Below, piece after piece: positions 61,780 to 63,981 of a stretch of DNA of 63,981 nt. Below the pieces are notes generated by a model. It saw nothing but the letters and a program-made list of their open reading frames with translations, ran no database searches and was not told where the DNA came from. This DNA comes from Albugo candida (lineage: Eukaryota), in NCBI GenBank assembly GCA_040437565.1, contig JBDOQK010000018.1, forward strand, positions 248,001 through 311,981, written 5' to 3'. Positions within the stretch are counted from its first letter, which is position 1, and every line of letters starts with the position of its first letter. The position numbers and the translations under genes are program-made.

Positions 61780-63981
61780 TGTGGTGGATAATGGCGGTTA
61801 GATAGAAGCCAATCGGATATGTCACGTATCTGTACATCATTATATTATCGACAGTACGGTACAAGTAGACGTGTGGCACACATCAGTCTTGTTCATATCT
61901 ATTGGACAATAAAACAATGGCTGTGGGCGAAACGTTTCTGAAGGCTTAGACTAACGAGTACAGTGAACTAAGGACCTATACATACTTTTGCTCCATATTG
62001 CTACGTAGCGTTTTCGGATTGTTCCAGCCCTCTGATGAAGGAAGGGCCTCGAGTAGTCTAATTCGGAGATCACCACAAAGATCTTTGGTATACAACTACG
62101 AAAATGTACCAGGAAAACAAGGAGAGAGAGGACCCTCGCGTCAGGAACGCCACGACCAAGGAGATGTCTCCAATAACCATTTTTCAGGCGGTATAAGCTC
62201 CGAGAATGACGAGCACTGACCGCAACTTCCTGGTGGAATGGAAAAGAGTGAGAATTGAGCACGAAAGACTGGTGAAAAGAAACGATGGCGTCAATGTCGC
62301 TTTAATAAGAAAACCTGTTGATCCCAGTGTGTTGGAATCGATGGTGGACTGGGTTTTTAATGTGGCTTCATAGGAGGATATCACGAAGGAGATGCTAATG
62401 ACGTTTGTCAACAAACAGTGCGAGGATGGTGCTATGGATGGAAACGCTGGAGCAATACCTCAAGTATTTGCAAATTTGAAGATGGATTTGGACTTTCCGA
62501 TACCTATTCTCGATGCTTGAAGATGTTTCAAAAATTTAAGCGAATGTCTAAACGAGCCGGTCTGTTGAGATATTTTGAAAAGAACCCTAAAGAATAGTGT
62601 AAATTGCTCGTCAATGCGGTTATACCTATGGATCTTCAGTTTGAAATCCGTCAAATGATCAAGTTTGAAGTCGACGGCATGAGGTCAGATCCGAAGATGC
62701 TATTTAAACAATTGACGAAAAAGGCAGCACAGTTCGATCATTCTTACTTGGCAAGAAACTTTCTCATCGCTGCAACTGGAGACCTCAAACCGATAGGTTG
62801 TGATGCTGAGAAAGTGAAACGACCAGTAGAGAAGTCGGCAAACCAGAAAAGCAAAGATCACACACATGCAAAAAATGCCTTGGGTAAAAATAGCGGTGCA
62901 ACTGTGCGACAAACAAGCCTAGATGAAAACCGAAGCAGGGATGCTGGAATTGTGGTCAAGATCACTGGCTAAGTGAATGTCCAAGCTTAAGTGGAGCTAA
63001 GAAGAAAGAAGTGGCTGCAAAAAAGCGGACCGAATATTCTGCGAAATGTTACCGCGTTTGAGTGACGCTGATGCAAAAAGTGGATGGCGTCGTTTGAAGT
63101 GGACAGTGGAAAAGTTACCACTATTCCTGCTTGACCAGATAACGGAGAAGATGATACCAAGAAATTACCGTATGGGAAATGTGGAAGTTTCCAAAGAGTG
63201 CTGCCAAAAGGTAAACATGCAGTTGTGTCTGCAGACTACAGTTGTCCGGTAAAGTTTTCGGATACGGATTGTTACATTGCTCAAGAGGCGTCGTGGGAAA
63301 TCCTTCTGGAAAACTTTTGTTAAATGCGGTTGGTATAGACGTCGAAGAGCAGCTGATTTCTCTAGCTGAGAGCCAGAGTCAATGTGACAGGGATGGTGGA
63401 CTTATGGAAGTTGAGGAGTGCTTGGCGGAGGACCGTAATACTGTAGAGGAACAAATAGCACAGGTGGTGACTGCCTATATTAAGACTGTCTGAGGGAAGA
63501 AAATTCGTGAGCCGTTGGTTGGTTTACTTTCGAATTATCAATGTTATTTTGCGTCGGAATTGTTTGGCTCTACACCTGCGAAGATTGAGCCGCTGTCGTT
63601 ACAGGTCGTGAAAGATGTACAAGTGGTTCGTGGATGATTTAGAACGTATGCTTCCTTGAAGGTTCAAGTGATCAGGAACATGTGGGCAAGCTTCTTTCAG
63701 CAGATTTCATTTATAAAAACACCAGTTCGAGGTGGAATTCTCCCTTTTTTCCCGTAAAAAAACCTGGAAAAACGCAATAAAGAATGACCATAGACTATCG
63801 TGAGGTGAACAGGATGATTCAACCGAAGTGTGGTTCAATGTTTTATTGGCGACAAAAACCGTTGTCTTGAAGAAAATGACCACGTTTGGAATTATGGACA
63901 TGTTCTATGGTTTCTGGAAAATCCGTTACACGTGGACAGTTAAGAGATACTTTCTTTTGCTACCGATTGCAAAGTCTACAC
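61780..63981 (+). mobile_element. Second copy of the Gypsy family (5' LTR, gag, protease, start of RT), truncated by the window end
   Basis: LTR TGTGGTGG...CACCACA at 61780-62077; zinc knuckle CWNCGQDHWLSEC (~62940). Collinear similarity to 40646-42287 joined to 47500 onward. Confidence 0.92.

Noticed and set aside
62078-62100. Possible self-priming or tRNA PBS after the Gypsy LTR (AAGATCTTTGGTATACAAC)
   Set aside because: It does not match the usual tRNA-iMet PBS, and complementarity to the LTR is short and not conserved among the three LTR copies.
1-63981. CRISPR array, rRNA, tRNA genes or prokaryotic operon-like systems
   Set aside because: No regularly spaced repeats or recognisable structural RNA genes were seen, and spliceosomal introns show the DNA is eukaryotic.

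Overview
Eukaryotic nuclear DNA with short (about 50-75 nt) GT-AG introns, tight gene packing and ten 100-N scaffold gaps. Gene content and style suggest an oomycete, plausibly Albugo; this is inferred, not verified. Layout: (1) 1-1.1 kb, a membrane/coiled-coil protein gene. (2) About 1.3-10.1 kb, a gene-poor zone of stop-riddled, Cys-containing frames that may be decayed secreted-protein genes. (3) 10.3-38.3 kb, a gene-dense block: PH-domain protein, PYROXD2-like oxidoreductase, a PH + SnoaL/NTF2-like + AGC kinase, mitochondrial-type bL25/CTC, CPSF2, TMEM260, a small motif protein, a WW-PDZ-coiled-coil-PH scaffold, kintoun/DNAAF2 and PHYHD1. (4) 38.76-50.1 kb, a resolvable transposon nest: a decayed chromodomain Gypsy carrying a DD34E Tc1 in its 5' LTR, a full Copia (5-bp TSD) in its RT and an inverted solo LTR of its own family (5-bp TSD) in its integrase. 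(5) 51.4-55.6 kb, an intronless six-bromodomain gene. (6) 56.2-64 kb, a TA-flanked IS630/Tc1/mariner-type element with a very long Cys-rich D-to-E spacer, a LINE remnant, and a second copy of the Gypsy that shows the empty insertion sites. The most novel-looking items are the kinase with a putative small-molecule-binding SnoaL-like domain and the BAH-less six-bromodomain protein. No CRISPR array, rRNA or convincing tRNA was seen. Most duplications flanking N gaps are assembly artefacts.
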